Of a DNA stretch of 64,000 nt, positions 1 to 14,457 are shown piece by piece (the first letter of the stretch is position 1; every line of letters begins with the position of its first letter). Where the stretch lies: the NCBI GenBank assembly GCA_965112155.1, contig OZ218109.1. The stretch is one strand, 5' to 3'. Source of the stretch: Podarcis liolepis (Eukaryota). The position numbers and the translations under genes are program-made. The notes beneath the pieces are model-generated. The model did no database searches. It was given only the letters and a program-made list of their open reading frames with translations, and was not told where the DNA came from.

Positions 1-232
1 TGCAGTCTTTTGTTGGTTGCCAGCTGCTCTCTCCTCTCCAAGGAAATTTACCTCCCCACCCCTCTAGAAGCACTCATGGAAACCATCATAGGAATAATTG
101 AAGTTAGAGACTAACATAGAAATATAAGGAACTGAAGAGCAAAAAGGACCATTCTACTCTAGGAAAAGCCTCTGGGCAAAAGTGAGAGATATAAAATATA
201 TTCTAAAAGATATAAAACATGTAAATACTTAC

Positions 233-270
233 TATTACATCAAATTTGGAATAAATATCTACAACTTTTC
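233..270 (-). CDS. PRKAG2: PRKAG2 exon 13 (38 bp), (G)KVVDIYSKFDVI
   Basis: Acceptor TTTTTAG (ct at 271-272), donor GTAAGT (ac at 231-232); phase 1 in, phase 0 out; CBS3 motif. Absent from the ORF track. Confidence 0.96.
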
Positions 271-430
271 CTAAAAACAGAAGATAAAACAAACTTTATG
301 TTGGTAATTAAGCTATAAAACCAAATACAATACTCTATATTAGCCTCTGTCAACCTGGTTCAAATGTTTTAAGAGTACAACTCCCACCAGTCCCTCGCCA
401 GCACAAAGACTGCTCTATACAAATTAAAAA

Positions 431-507
431 ATTGTTCAGTAGCACCTTAGAAACCAACTAAGTTTGTTCTGGGTATAAGCTTTCATGTGCATGCACACTT
501 CTTCAAG
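431..507. mobile_element. Penelope-like terminal fragment
   Basis: Similar to the start of the 48672 element. Confidence 0.62.
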
Positions 508-1233
508 AAGGATGTAAATACGCCTAGAAGTTGTATTAACAGATTTACAGCTTGGTCCCATGCTTGTTTATTCAGAGGTCATGGGGTTTACTTCCATTAT
601 GTGTATATGACACACACTAGGCCTGTGATTCTGTACATGCTTACTTTTGAGTCAACAAGTTATAGTGCAGGATGAATCCATATAAAAAGGTGAACATATT
701 TTAGGAAGCAGTTAATTTTTAGCTTCAATGATTTCAGCACAGAAAATAATTAATGGGAAATTTCGCCTTCCTTACCCAAGAAATGCAAAAGCACAATCCG
801 TCTGCACTTTTCTGTACATTATATTGGAATGGAAGGAAAATAAAATTACTCCAGAGGTATAATAAAAATAGAGGTGCAAATCAGGAGTAATTTTATTGAA
901 GTGAAAACACACAACTGAAAAGAGAAGCAAAAATATATTTTGTTCTAGATCCTATAGGGTTTGATGAGAGTGGAAAAGGGATATGTGCAAATGTGCTTTT
1001 AGCTTTAAATGATAATGAAAAGCAAGATAACCAAAACAGAATGGAACCATTTTGTTCTATTACAGTTTCCTAGAAACGTAATTAATTCAAGTGAGATGAT
1101 AGAGATGTTATGAATAAAAGATTGATCAAAGGGTGATAAAGAAGCTTTTTTTCTCCTTTTATTTTTTCCCATTTAATAAGGCGGCTCAGATAATTTAGCA
1201 CTTACAACAGATAACCAATGGCAAAATAAACTA

Positions 1234-1437
<204 letters not shown>

Positions 1438-3124
1438 CTAGAAGAAGTAAAATACTACTTGTTTGACAGGCATATTTTACCATTTTTAATCTACACAGCT
1501 CACACAGTTTAAAAAATTACCACGCAAGGAATTTCCTTATCATGTCTTTCAACTGGTAACATATTTTAGTAGCCTAGTAAGCTTAAGATTAGTGGGCAAA
1601 GTCAAATGTGTTAGAATGAAGGTCTTTGAAGCTGAACTCTATTCTGGCATTCTGTCCCACGTTTCTTGCCCATATAGGGATGCCCTGAACTGGGAAAACA
1701 CAATAAATATCCAATATACAGTAACACGTTCGCAGCTTTTATAATTGCAGCATGGATTGCAGTGGCACAAGTGTCCTTGGTGTTTTAAAGATGTAGCTTA
1801 TGAATGAAACAGCACAGTTATCATTCAAAGCTTGCTGCTTCCTTGTCCAAGCTTCACAATGCAATTATTAATGCCTTATATAAGGTTGCATGCTAGAACC
1901 TCTGAGTGTCGTATAACCCAGGCATCATTTGGACATGCTTCTGCAGCTGTGACATTTAGCACACTGAATTTTGCAGGAGAGTTATGAAAGGGATAGCATG
2001 TCTAAGGAGTTTTACTAGCATATATTTTTATTGTACCAATTACAGACAAGTGGAACCTCCAAGAATGTTGCAGTGTATCCTCGCCTCTTAGTAGGAATGC
2101 TCCTGGACAGGTTTCCAGCCAGCCAATCATGACCCTGTCCATTCTACATTTCTATTTTCCAACAATCAATCAATATTCTGTGCTTATTGAGCATGCTCAG
2201 TCCTCACTGGGCTGTTTTGTGGTTTGTTTTTCAAAATGTTCTACTTCTGCAAACCTCAGAGTTCCTCTGAGCATGTCAATACCTCTTTCCTTTCTCAGCG
2301 CCCCAGTTTGGCTCCAATCCTGTCTCTGAACTCAGTGGTGAGCCCTATTATGAGAATGCAAAGTTTGCATAGATTTTTACCATGAAGGTTTCTTGGCAGT
2401 AAACACTATAAAGTTGCTGCCATCTGAATACCCTGTAAACGCTATTTGCATGACCCATCCCAATACGAGAAATTTTGCCACAGGAAAAGCGAGACAACAA
2501 AAACCATCCATGTGGTCATTTGATAATTCTCAACTATAATCTCATTATACTCCTAAACTTTATAAAAACCTAGGAAGATCAACTACAGTTTCAAGTGACT
2601 GAACTAGGCCAGATGACTGCAAATGAGGCAAGCCAAAGCCTTGGATTTGCACCCTCTCCTCCTCTATGAACAAGAAATGAGAGTGGAAGCTTGCACTTTT
2701 CACTAAAATAAAAACTTAAAGAACTGTTCCTTATTCAAACTCCAGTAGGATAAAAGAATCCAGGATCTTGTTAGAATAAACTAAGGTTCCAAGTTTGTAC
2801 GTAACAGGAAATGGTGCTTTAGTCTACAGTGAAAGCAGAAGCTTTGATTTTCCTCTCACACATGCAAACCGGGTGATGAAGTGTCACCTGCAAAAGTGAC
2901 TGGATTATTTAAGAGTCTTTTCTGAGACTGCTTGATTGCACAAGTCCAATTAAAATACTTCCTGCACAGTTATTATGGATGGAAACACTTTTATCACTGT
3001 AGTGCAGAGTAAAGGCCTGCTACCAACTGCATGAAGAGAGACAATGGGAACATACCTATTATTTCTGTACCAGTGTAAGTGTAGAGTATTCAAAGGGAAT
3101 GGATCATATCAGTACAGTTGTTTA

Positions 3125-3364
<240 letters not shown>

Positions 3365-4099
3365 TTACTGTGATATCCGAAGACAGCTTTGATGATTCCC
3401 CCAAAGCTACACTCTACCAACTAAGTGATTTTTAGTAAATAATGTTGGAGGAAGTTGTGAAAGCTGAGCTAAAGGACAGATGATTTCATTACATCATTGT
3501 TAAAGTAGGTATAGTACAGTTGAACATCAATATTATATCAGATTCTGTCAGCCAAACAGGAAAGCTGTTAAGAGGGGGAAATGATTTGTGATGGGGTGGG
3601 GAAAGAGAAGGTTTTACTTATAAGGACCTGAAGATTAGTAAGATTCGAATGCAAACTAAAATAGAGGACAATAACAGTAATAAACACAACAGCTTTCTCA
3701 CTAAATGTCCTTGTGATGGCTTGGAAGGGTTACACAGAATGGATGGTTAATTATGGCATAACAAGCTTCACTTATATAGTAATATACTAATACTACATAC
3801 AGAAATACATGTAACTGGAAGCAGGAGTGGAAAGGAAGAAAACCTATGCCATATCCTCAGTATTTCTTGTGTAATCATGACCCCCCCCCCCAAAAAAAAT
3901 CAGATTCAAAAACCCCAAAGATTCTAAGATAAGCCATAAAGGTTCCTATCACCAATTTAGAAACTTAATTGAAGTTAGAAACTTAGAAACACCAATTGCT
4001 AACATGCACTATCTGTCTTAGGGTGTCCCTTGCAGCTGTGTGATGGATGTATTAGCACAATTTACTTTTTAAGAAATCAAAAGTAGAAAAGCATCTTAC

Positions 4100-4154
4100 C
4101 TGGCGTCTGGTGAAATGTTCACTAAAGGCTTAAAGGTTTCTTGTAAATAAAGCT
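4100..4154 (-). CDS. PRKAG2: PRKAG2 exon 10 (55 bp), (E)LYLQETFKPLVNISPDA(S)
   Basis: Acceptor TACAG, donor GTAAGA; phases join exons 9 and 11. Confidence 0.97.
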
Positions 4155-4789
4155 CTGTATAATTAAAAACAAAACCAATGCTTCATAAATTAATAATCAA
4201 AAAATAGTATTTCATGAAATACCCACACACACACCCCGGTGTTACTCTTAGCAGCGAACCCGGCATATGAAAGTGAGGACAATCAATGATTTACTAAAGA
4301 ATGGCAGTGGTTCATAAGAGCAATCACTAGAGGTCACTATAATACTATATTAATACACATGAATACCATAAAAGAGTAGATAGCAAAGGCTGAGCAGAGG
4401 GTATTTTAAAGAAGTGTTTCAGATTACTAATGTAAGTGCTTTTTGTTTTTAAGGCTGTCTTCTCAGGCACCTGCAGTAATAAATGAACTTCCAACTTTTT
4501 CTGCAATATATAGCATGTCCTGGAGACACATCTTCAAGATGAATATTTTTGAAAGATCTTCAATTTTTTATCTAACATCATTTCCTGAGGAGTGACTTGG
4601 TAAGGTGGAAAGAGGCAAAGGGAGGCAATTTATATTTATGAAAATATAAATACAAAAAGCCATTATTACCCATATTTAAATCAAAACATGCAACATGTAA
4701 TAATTAAAATTTACACCACCAGTCAGAAATATATAACACATATAGGTGAATGTTATTGTGATATTTCATCTTGCAGTGATTGTTAAAAA

Positions 4790-5050
4790 AACACTTTTCA
4801 ATAAACTTGCCTGGTGATCATCCTCTCTTACAACATGAAAGTTTTGTAAGAAATAACACATTCACTCATATGAAGATGATAATAAAGAGTTTCAGGGGGA
4901 TTTCCAAGATAACTCCTATCATGTAAACTATTCACCGTTTTAAAGTCCTCCAGCAATAGATGATCCTTCAAATATCCCAAAAGTAATATTTTAGGATTCA
5001 ACAAATCATATCCAGTAATCTCTTTTACTACTTCCATTACTCTTGCCAAA
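4790..5050 (-). mobile_element. Degenerate L1/Tx1 ORF2 fragment
   Basis: VKEITGYDLLNPKILLLG resembles the L1 ORF2 C-terminal motif; boundaries approximate. Confidence 0.4.
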
Positions 5051-5320
5051 ATGAGGACTTGAGCTTTTCCAAAATACCTGCATTAATTTTGTCTCTAAAG
5101 CTTTACACCTCCAACTCCTACCTTCCTGTAATTTTATCCTTCCTGCAAAGAAAGACCTTAATATGAGCTAATCCCTTTAGAATTTTACAGACTACAAACA
5201 GACTTGAGCTTTTCCCAAGATATGAGCAATTAGGACGGATTCCAGCACTCAACACTTGTGTTGGAATCTCTTCCACAGCCCATGGCAGAGCCCAAGTATA
5301 TCTGGGTTCTCAGGCTAAGG

Positions 5321-5500
5321 GAACATAGGAAACTATTCGTGAGTCAGACCATTAGTCTATGTAACTCAATATTGTCTACACTCACTGGCTGCGGTTCTCC
5401 AGGGTTTCAAGCAAGGTGTCTCCTGGCCCAAGCTGAAGATGCTGGGAATTTAACCTGAGATCTTCTGCATGCAGAGCTGATGTTCTACCACTGAACTATA
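5321..5500 (-). mobile_element. Degenerate tRNA-Ala-like SINE
   Basis: Minus strand TAGTTCAGTGGTAGAACATCAGCTCTGCATGCAGAAGATCTCAGGTTAAATTCCCAGCATC resembles tRNA-Ala(TGC); ends in TTCCTATGTTC; similar to 33481-33646. Confidence 0.65.
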
Positions 5501-5594
5501 TAGTCTTTCCCCTATTAAGGACAACACATAGTATAGTACTGCATAACAGGCTGTGAATCATGTTCTTAGTGCATATCTTTCAAAGGGTACTTAC

Positions 5595-5640
5595 CCCTCC
5601 ATGTTTCAATCTTGTGCTCCTCCAATTCATAGATTTGTAC
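5595..5640 (-). CDS. PRKAG2: PRKAG2 exon 9 (46 bp), VQIYELEEHKIETWR(E)
   Basis: Acceptor TTTGCAG, donor GTAAGT; conserved AMPK-gamma motif. Confidence 0.97.
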
Positions 5641-8600
5641 CTGCAAAGAAAAAACAGGTTTAAAGCTCAAATCTTTAGCATATAATTTTAAAATGGCCAG
5701 TGAACTAAAAGCTATCTACCTTCAAGTAATTAGGACTGAGGCACATAGTTAATATGCTGAGACTAACTATAGTAATATGGGTGACTTTAAAATGCAATGA
5801 AAGGCTGACAAATTGGAAACTAAACCCAAATCCTGAACAAATACTTAGATTTTCTGCATACACAGCCACTGGAATTGACAATTACATTCTAATTTGAATC
5901 ATTTTCTTATGCTCTGTTGCAAGCACATTACAGCAAACAGGAATTAAGGGTGGTGGGAAAATACTAATTGCTAACGCCAGCCCTGGGATGAACAAGTTTC
6001 TCATCTGCATGTTTTGAAAATGAAATTTTATTTTCCTACACTAATAAAACTAATCAGAGCACTTGGCTGAAAAGTGGTTGAAATAACCAGGTATAGAATG
6101 AATTGCTAACAAAATATATTCATTCTGCTGTCAAGAAAATAATGAAAAAAATCTTGCTGAAGCAGAAAAGTTGGGCATCTTCCATTTTCTTATGTAGATT
6201 AAGATTACATCATAACTTGAGTGTCAGCAGCAGCCCCTTATCCCCATCACTAGCTGTGTACAGTTATGGGTAGCTACATGCATTCTTTACAAGACACTTA
6301 CTTTAAAATTAAGTTTGAAAATGCCACTTTTGATTTGTCATATTCGATTAGGCAATCGGGAGCATTCCACAGGCTCGGAAACTTCCATCCTTCCCTGGTT
6401 AGTGTTCCCCATACTGCAGCATTACATCTGCGTTAAACTAAGCAGTTTTCCATGTCAGGTAGAAACCCTAATTTCAAAGCTAACTACAGTTAACGCTAGT
6501 GCAGACAAAATGCTGCAACATAGTTAACACTAATAAGGGAAGGGAAGGAGATTGCAACACATGCCCAGTAGTGTCGTGTGTGCTTGTCCAAGATGTGCAA
6601 ATGAATCTTCAAAGTTATACTGGCATATCATTGTAGAATCTTATACACTTGTGTGTGGTAAAGGCCCTCTCTGCACACTCATTTTGCACTAACATACATA
6701 TGCAGATCCACTGTATCATCCCTACCCTGACATAAAATTGCTACCAGACCCCAAGATAACAGGAGGAGCAAAAGAACTGGAGATTCCAGAATGTTACACT
6801 TTTGAGTTCAGCATCTTTCCCTGCAGTTCCCAAATAACATTAGCAGAGGTGGGACAGTGAATTACAACTTTGCCATCTCCTGACACTATGGCACCATGCT
6901 TCAATAATTCAGAAGTTCGGGTTAAAAGAGCTCTTGAATGTTGAATTTTAGACTGGGCTCTAAAGAATGCAAGCCACAAGAGTTAAGAAGCATATTTCAT
7001 TTTCTCTGCCTAAGAAATCATCTTTAAAGGGAATGAATCTTTGCAGCAAGTACCAATTAAAAACCAAGTACCAATTTTGGTATATAGAGTTTGACTTGTT
7101 GACATTACTGCAACAGTAATGATTTGAGTAATGGCAGGAATGTTTGTAGCAATGGAAAGAACTTGAACTTTGTACAGAAATCCCTTGGCATGGGTGCTTG
7201 GCACTCTAATGCAAAATAGAAACTCTACTTACAATACTCCAACTTTCCTCATGATGGGAGTAAAAAAACCCTGAATCCATACACATCAGCAAATATGGAA
7301 AACACTTATAAGCTATTGGAATGCATGCAACCCTTACAACAGTGGTACAGCTGGATTTTATTGCCTTACAAAAACGATCACTCCCTTATTTGATGCTGAA
7401 AATGCGGCAGTGCTAATTTAAAATTCCTGGCTCCTCTACAGACCCATGGTTTGCAAATCAGGAGTCATGCTCATTAATGGTGCTCCCTTTCCTTCACTCT
7501 CCAGATGTTACTCCTTTCTTCTTCTTCTTGAAATTCACTTCAACAATGCAAACTAGGCGTCCTTTGTAAAACAGAAGCTGTATTCATATTTGAGCTGGGA
7601 TCATCAATGAACATGGTTTGTGCCTGTGAATATGTAGCATGAAAAACAAGGAAGGGAAGGGGACAATAACTCTGGAGAGGAAGTAACTATGGTTTCTAGG
7701 GAGTTAAAGTTACAAAATGCACCCATCTAATGATTCTGAAATTGAAATTATGGTTTTCAAAGTGCAAAAAGATATAGTGCTAAGTTTACACTTAAAATTC
7801 ACAAAGTTGCATTTCATCTCTCATCACATCTACCCACTGTGTCGAACATAATCGCCCATTCAAGGTTTGGCGGATTAAGAACATGCCACAGGCTCATATG
7901 TTTCCCCTTTGTGGATTCCCTCCTCCATTTTCTGGTTGCCTCTATTCAATTATTTACCCAATTCAGATTACAGAAAACCAGAAATGGAGGAGAGTAAGCA
8001 AAAAGGGCAAATGTATGCCTGCAGTTTATGCCTGATCCTCCAAACCATTATATGAAGCATTGTTTGAACTGCGCCAAATTAATTATATTTACATCATGAT
8101 TAATTCCATTCACTATTTAGTGAATTTATGGTTTCAGTAACTGACAGAGCAAGACTATTCATTTTCAGTGAGTTAAATGTCTGACGGTCATTTATACAAA
8201 AATAAAGAACTTTTGCTTCTCCAACAAATTAAAAACAAACAAACCTACAATTAATAGGTACTTTTCAGAGTAGCCTTTTCAACTATTCAAATATAATAAA
8301 TTCTTTATTGCTGCTATTCCTTTTAGAACAATGGCAAACTTCAATGTCAAATAACTTGTTGACTTTGTTTAGCAACTGAAGGATTACTAACAACAAACAT
8401 TCCCTCAGCCAGAAATAGCCAACTTAGTGCCTTCCAGTGAGTGTGAACCAAAACTCCCAACATCCCAGACTACTGCAGCTGCTGGCTGGGGCTGATGCAG
8501 TCCACAAAATCTGGACGGTACCATGTTATTCCATGTGTTCTAGACAAACTAAGCAAAGATGGGGAAAATGTGATTGAAGCAATGCTACAAGCAAAAAACC

Positions 8601-10710
8601 AGCATTGTTGAAGAGCTACAGGCAATTGTTACCTAAATTCAATAAATCACTATGATGCTTTTGGTCACAGTAGAACAGCTACATCAGCGCAACAGAAACG
8701 CATAGGTCAGCACTATCCTGGTGATAAGTCACCATTTGACCAGCATAGTTTTTTACTAATGTGGTAAATTTATTTTGGGCTATAGCACTGAGATTGCTTG
8801 GGGGCGCTCCATCCATAAAATTTCATCCACATAGCAAAATAGAACTCTTCTCCCTAACATCTAGATTTCTAAATGTGTAGGGAGGACTATTCAGCAGAGA
8901 AAGCCTCCAAACTGCAGTCTAAAGTAGTACAGCCCTATCACCTCCGCAGGAGAAGGGCCATAGATTAGTTGTAGACAGCTGTTTTGTGGCACAGAAACAA
9001 TGAAGAAAGCTAAAGACAAAAGCAAGGACTGGGGACAATTAACATATGCAACATCCTAGGAATCAGTGGAAATCTAAGCACCTGACAAGTAATAGGTATC
9101 TGTTATAAATAGAGCCCTGCAGCCAAAGATTTAGCAGGTACAATTCAATGCGAAATCCAGCCCCAGTTCCTTTTCAGGCTCCTTGCCCAACTCTAGTTTC
9201 CAAAGCTCTGTTTCATACTCATTCCCATTGTGTCCAAATCTGATAAGATTTGCCTGACTTTAGGCTGGGTGAGAATTTACCAAAACTCTCCTAGGTACAG
9301 GATTGTTAATTAACAGGGTTTTGCCTAGCCAAGCCAGTATTGGGAGAGCTGGATACATAGACAAATGTGTGTCATGGCTGACAGGCATCATAAAAGGAAG
9401 CATTTGACCCACTGTGTCTGTGCACCATTCCAGCGATATATTTCTTTAGGATCAGGCTGTATACTCTCAGGTGAAAGAAATCTAAATTTTTCTTTAAACA
9501 TTTTCACTGTCTCTGTTCCAACAAAATGCATCAGGTACACAGGGAAAGACAAGTAGCAGATCAGACTTAACTACCAAATGGTCAGCTGTTTCCTCTCCTT
9601 GCACAACTTGATTATTTCCTGAAAAAAAACTAACAAAGGAAGTTCTTCTCCTTAAAAGTGCACCAAAAGGGTTTCCCCCCCTATAACTGAATTTATATGG
9701 TTCCAACAATATGCTCTGTGCTTGACTGTAGGGAGAACTGGAACTTACTGGCATTAAAGCACATAGGAAAGTACATTTCAACCTTGTATGCAAGGCAGAA
9801 GAGTTTCAAATTGGAACAGTTGGCATGTTCAGATAAAGCTGCTATGCTGAAACAAACAACAGGAACTAACAGGCTGAATACCAATCACGATTGCTATGTA
9901 GCAGATATATCCTGGATCCCAGCAGCATGCCTGTACAACTACATGCAGTTCCCACTTACCAAACACAATGTGTACCCAGGAAATTGTTCATTAGGCAAGG
10001 GTTTGCATAACAAACTGGTGATTTCCATTATTTCCTATGTGAACATTTCTAACCCATGATCTCTCTCCCCTCTCCCACCATGTTTCTTCATAAAAGGGCT
10101 GCAGCCAACCAGGAAAAAAGAGACAAAGACAAAATTAATTTGTCCACTCTCTTTCCTTCCTCCCTCTCTCCATGGTTTCTGTCCGAAAATGTCTGCTGCA
10201 GACCAACAAAGCACAAACAAGGAAGGAAGTGGGCAAACTCCAGTTGTTTGGATATCAATCAGCTTTGTATGTAGAAAGATTTGGGTATTACTATGTTCAG
10301 ATAAGTGAAATTTTTGGATAATGAGCAGGTGGATAAGTGGGATCTCTGCGTATAAATTTGTGTCCTAACTTCATATTATGAAACTGTGGGGGGTTGGCTC
10401 ATTTCAGTCTTACAACAAACCTAGGGCCCTAGAGTGTCCTGCCCCAGGACAACTAGTTATTTTCACAGTTAAACCAGCCTTTGAATCAAGGTATCTGCAG
10501 TCCAACACTTATTCCATGTACTAAACCACACTGGCTCCATTCCACTGTGCATATTTTCTGCATACTTTGTGTTACATCCATGTTATTTCTGCTTTTTATA
10601 TTGGTTTGTGCATATCATTTTATAACTACCATGGTTAAGCCAGCTACCCCATGCACCAGAGAAATAAAAAACAAACTCCTTCAGTATCAGAGACGTGCAA
10701 TTATCTAAAG

Positions 10711-10968
10711 CAGGGGTCAGAAACTTTTTCAGCAGGGGGCCGGTCCATTGTCCCTCAGACCTTGTGGGGGGCTGGACTATATTTTTTTTGGGGGGGTGAA
10801 GGAATTCCTATGCCCCACAAATAACCCAGAGATGCATTTTAAATAAAAGCACACATTCTACTCATGTAAAAACACGCTGATTCCCGGACCACCCGCGGGC
10901 TGGATTTAGAAGGCGATTGGGATTTAGAAGGCGGATCTGGCCCCCGGGCCTTAGTTTGCCTACCCATG
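10711..10968. mobile_element. hAT (Charlie/Buster-like) MITE
   Basis: CAGGGGTC...ACCCATG ends; perfect 8-bp TSD ATCTAAAG (10703-10710, 10969-10976). Confidence 0.9.
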
Positions 10969-10976
10969 ATCTAAAG

Positions 10977-11113
10977 CGATGTGTCCCAAACTTTGGTTTC
11001 CGGTTTTTTTTTAAACTACAACTCCCATCATCCCTAGCTAGCAAGACTAGTGGTCAGGGATGATGGAAACTGTAGTCCAAAAAGAGCTGGGGAGCCAAGT
11101 TCAGGAAACACTA
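10977..11113. mobile_element. Older palindromic hAT-like MITE
   Basis: actacaactcccatcatccct.../...agggatgatggaaactgtagt hairpin; flanked by ATCTAAAG and ACCTAAAG. Confidence 0.72.
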
Positions 11114-11438
11114 ACCTAAAGTACCAAGTTTGATATAAAGCCAGGAATAATGGTTCTTATCATCTCTCTTATTCCTCACTCCAAAGATGGGTAACTGGGG
11201 CACACAATAACTAAAGAGTGATATGAGATAAAGAAACCTTTGCCCAAATATCTACAAAAAAGGTGGGGGTCTTAATTTCACATGTACCATTCAGCAGCAA
11301 AACTTTCCTTCCTCTTCAAAAGGCAGCATTCTTTCAACCACCCACCCAATTACAAAAAATATATATATTATTATCAAATATATTGTTATCAATGCTTTTA
11401 TTTCAGGGATACTGTTTCACTAAAGATAATTTTATTTA

Positions 11439-11567
<129 letters not shown>

Positions 11568-12106
11568 TTAATTAACAAATTAAAATAAATTAAATATTGC
11601 ATCCCTAATTGATAAAAGTTCCTAAAAATTTTTCCTAGTGTAGCTTGGAAATATGAGTGTACATGACACTGCCTGCCTTTTACAAGAATCACCAGAGCTA
11701 CATAAACATAATTCCTACATAATAAAGGGACATAGCATTTCACATCTGTAAAACAGGTAAGATCTATTTTGTCACACAACTCTAGCAAAATGTCCTCACC
11801 GAACAACTCCTAATTGTTGTTTGGTTTAGGATCAGGAACCTCAACCTTCCACGCTTACTCCTTCCCTTGCATGCCAAGATTAGATGATTCCATTTTCTGG
11901 TTAATTATAAACGAGAAGTAGCCAATGTGATGTTTAACTACAACTCCCATCAGCATCAGCCAGCATAGCCAATGGTCAGGAATGAGTGTTTACAGAACTT
12001 GGTGAATAAATCAAACTGAATCCAGAAAGTTAAGAGCTTGGCAACTTTACTTAGTTATACACAAGTAGGCCGAACAAAACTGTAGCCATAGGCCTACTGT
12101 AAATTA

Positions 12107-12330
12107 CAGTGGTACCTGGGGTTAAGTACTTAATTTGTTCCGGAGGTCCGTTCTTAACCTGAAACTGTTCTTAACCTGAAGCACCACTTTAGCTAATGAG
12201 GCCGCTGGAGCATGATTTCTGTTCTCATCCTGAAGCAAAGCTCTTAACCTGAAGCACTATTTCTGGGTTAGTGTAGTCTGTAACCTGAAGCGTATGTAAC
12301 CTGAAGCGTATGTAACCTGAGGTACCACTG
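12107..12330. mobile_element. Tc1/mariner-pogo (Tigger-like) MITE, family A copy 1
   Basis: TIR CAGTGGTACCT..GGTTA; TA TSD; four colinear copies in the window. Confidence 0.9.
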
Positions 12331-14095
12331 TACTGTAGAAACTTCTGGTGATGCAGTCAGACTGCAGGCTGAGTTTCTAATGGAAAGGAACTACTATTAC
12401 AGCTAGAACATACGGAACATGTTAGCATTTTTATATGCAAGAAATCTGGGAAGAAGCAACATTCTTTGGCTCCGTTGCTGTTGCACCTACTAGCTGCTTT
12501 AAAACAGTAAGAGCAATCCAATCCGTAATTTACACCAGTGGCTGCCAACCAGTACCTCCCTTTGTTATTTTCAAAAGGTCTCAGGAAGTTTCCTTTCAAA
12601 AATCTAATGCAGGAGAGTGTTTGCTCTTCCTAGTCAATTTTGTTTACACTGGCTCAGCCTCTCCTAAACTGAACACACCCTTCAACATGACCACATTTCA
12701 TTTGATGCCAGGAATGGATGCCCACGCTTCCATCAGGAGCTGAAAAGAGCTTCACTGTGAGCAAGCATAGCTGTGGCCAGCATAGGTGCTTCCCACTCTC
12801 ACTGATGGGGCAGCTGATGGGAAAGCTTGTCAGCACCATTTTGTGGTCCTCTCTCTCTTTTGCTCTTTAAGATGTGAAGCCATTATGCCCATTATTTTCA
12901 CGGTAACCATTTTAAAACTGGTGCATATGGTGCTATTCCAGCAGGGAATCTAACAACATTTGGAGGGTACCACAGTGGCTACCTGCTATAAACATTAGCT
13001 CACCAGGTTCAGACCAACTGGCAGTGACTGGAAAATTCAAATCTTGGCACACAAGGGAGCATAAAAGTATGAGGTGTGTTCTCATAATGTCAAGCTATAG
13101 TTTGGCATTCCAACTGAATAGTCCCCAAGGCGGTAGGGGAGAGGCCACAGTACAATGGGAGAATTTTTTGGGGGGGGAAATTAAAAATCACGTCTGCATC
13201 CTCTTCTTAGGTATGTAATTTCATGTCTTTATGCATGAGAGAATTACAAGTCCAGGCATGGATTTTATTACAACACTGCTGGCAGGTATACAAGAGTTTT
13301 TAAAATCAGAAATATTTTTCAAGCAGCAAAGGTCTGGAGGGCTCCATGTGTTTAAAAAGACCGGACACAGCCAAGCAATGGTGTTCACTTAAGATGCAGT
13401 CAGAACCAGTAGTGTATTGCTACAGATTAGATTCTTGCGTATTTATCATGGAAGTGAGGCCTAGAAAGATGGTTTTGGGGGGGGGGGGGCGGGTTACAGA
13501 AATCAAATGGGATTTTAGAAATAAAGCCAACAGGAATTTGCTTGTAATGGAAATTACTTCTCTCTTTTCAGAAAAGCTGAAGATAATTCAAAAGCACCTG
13601 AAATACTGCTGCTTGCACCTTTTCAGCTCTTTGTATGTTTGGCTCTTGAAAGAGCAATGCTGACTCCTTGGAATTTAAAATATTTTTTTCCAGCCCTGCT
13701 TTTATGATACACTAAGCATCCCATTTCCGAGCAGTTTAAAATGTCAGTATAAAAAAACCAAGAATTCAGCTTCCTCCACAAAAGCACTAAGTGTTGCAGA
13801 CCCTCTCCATCACCTATTCTATGATTTGAAGCCCATGTTAAGAGATAATGGGACACCACTGTGTCTCACTATTTGAGTGAGCTTCCCCATTGCCCCCACA
13901 CAGGTGGGAAAGCAGAGACTTCCTGTTATGTCTGAAACAGATATGGACGGTATTTCATGAGTATAAAATAAAAAATTGAAGAGAAGGCAAAAGCACAAAA
14001 ACCCCCACAACCCACCACTATATCTGATTCCACTGTTTAGTGGAGATGAATTAAATATCTCTCTCCAAACTTTATACTAATATACATTATCTTAC

Positions 14096-14177
14096 CTACA
14101 AAGCTTTGTTTTTTACTCTCCCACAGAGGAGCTGCTCGGACACCATTTGCTACCAAGGCAAAGAAAGCTTTCTTTAC
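14096..14177 (-). CDS. PRKAG2: PRKAG2 exon 7 (82 bp), [27 protein letters not shown](G)
   Basis: Acceptor CTTTCAG, donor GTAAGA; CBS1, including the Arg equivalent to human R302 (CGA, 14136-14138). Confidence 0.98.
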
Positions 14178-14457
14178 CTGAAAGACAAAATAAAACAGCA
14201 TTTTCTTTTAAAAAAGGACATAGAGCATTGCTATTTTTAAAAATCTTATCACACAGCTTGATACTGAGGAGGACATGACAGCTACAATTTGCTAGAAAGG
14301 TATGGATGAGTTTCAAGCCTAAAGAAACAACATGGATACATTGAAACACCACTCTCACTTGTTCTATATCCATTTGGCATTACACTTGTATGTACAAACC
14401 GGAACAGTGATTTAGTTCTTGGCAGCTTCCCAAACTCAAGGACATGGAAAACACTTA

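Noticed and set aside
5056-5215. 15-bp direct repeat GACTTGAGCTTTTCC flanking 130 bp
   Set aside because: Could be a TSD, but the enclosed sequence has no tail or TIR; cannot classify.
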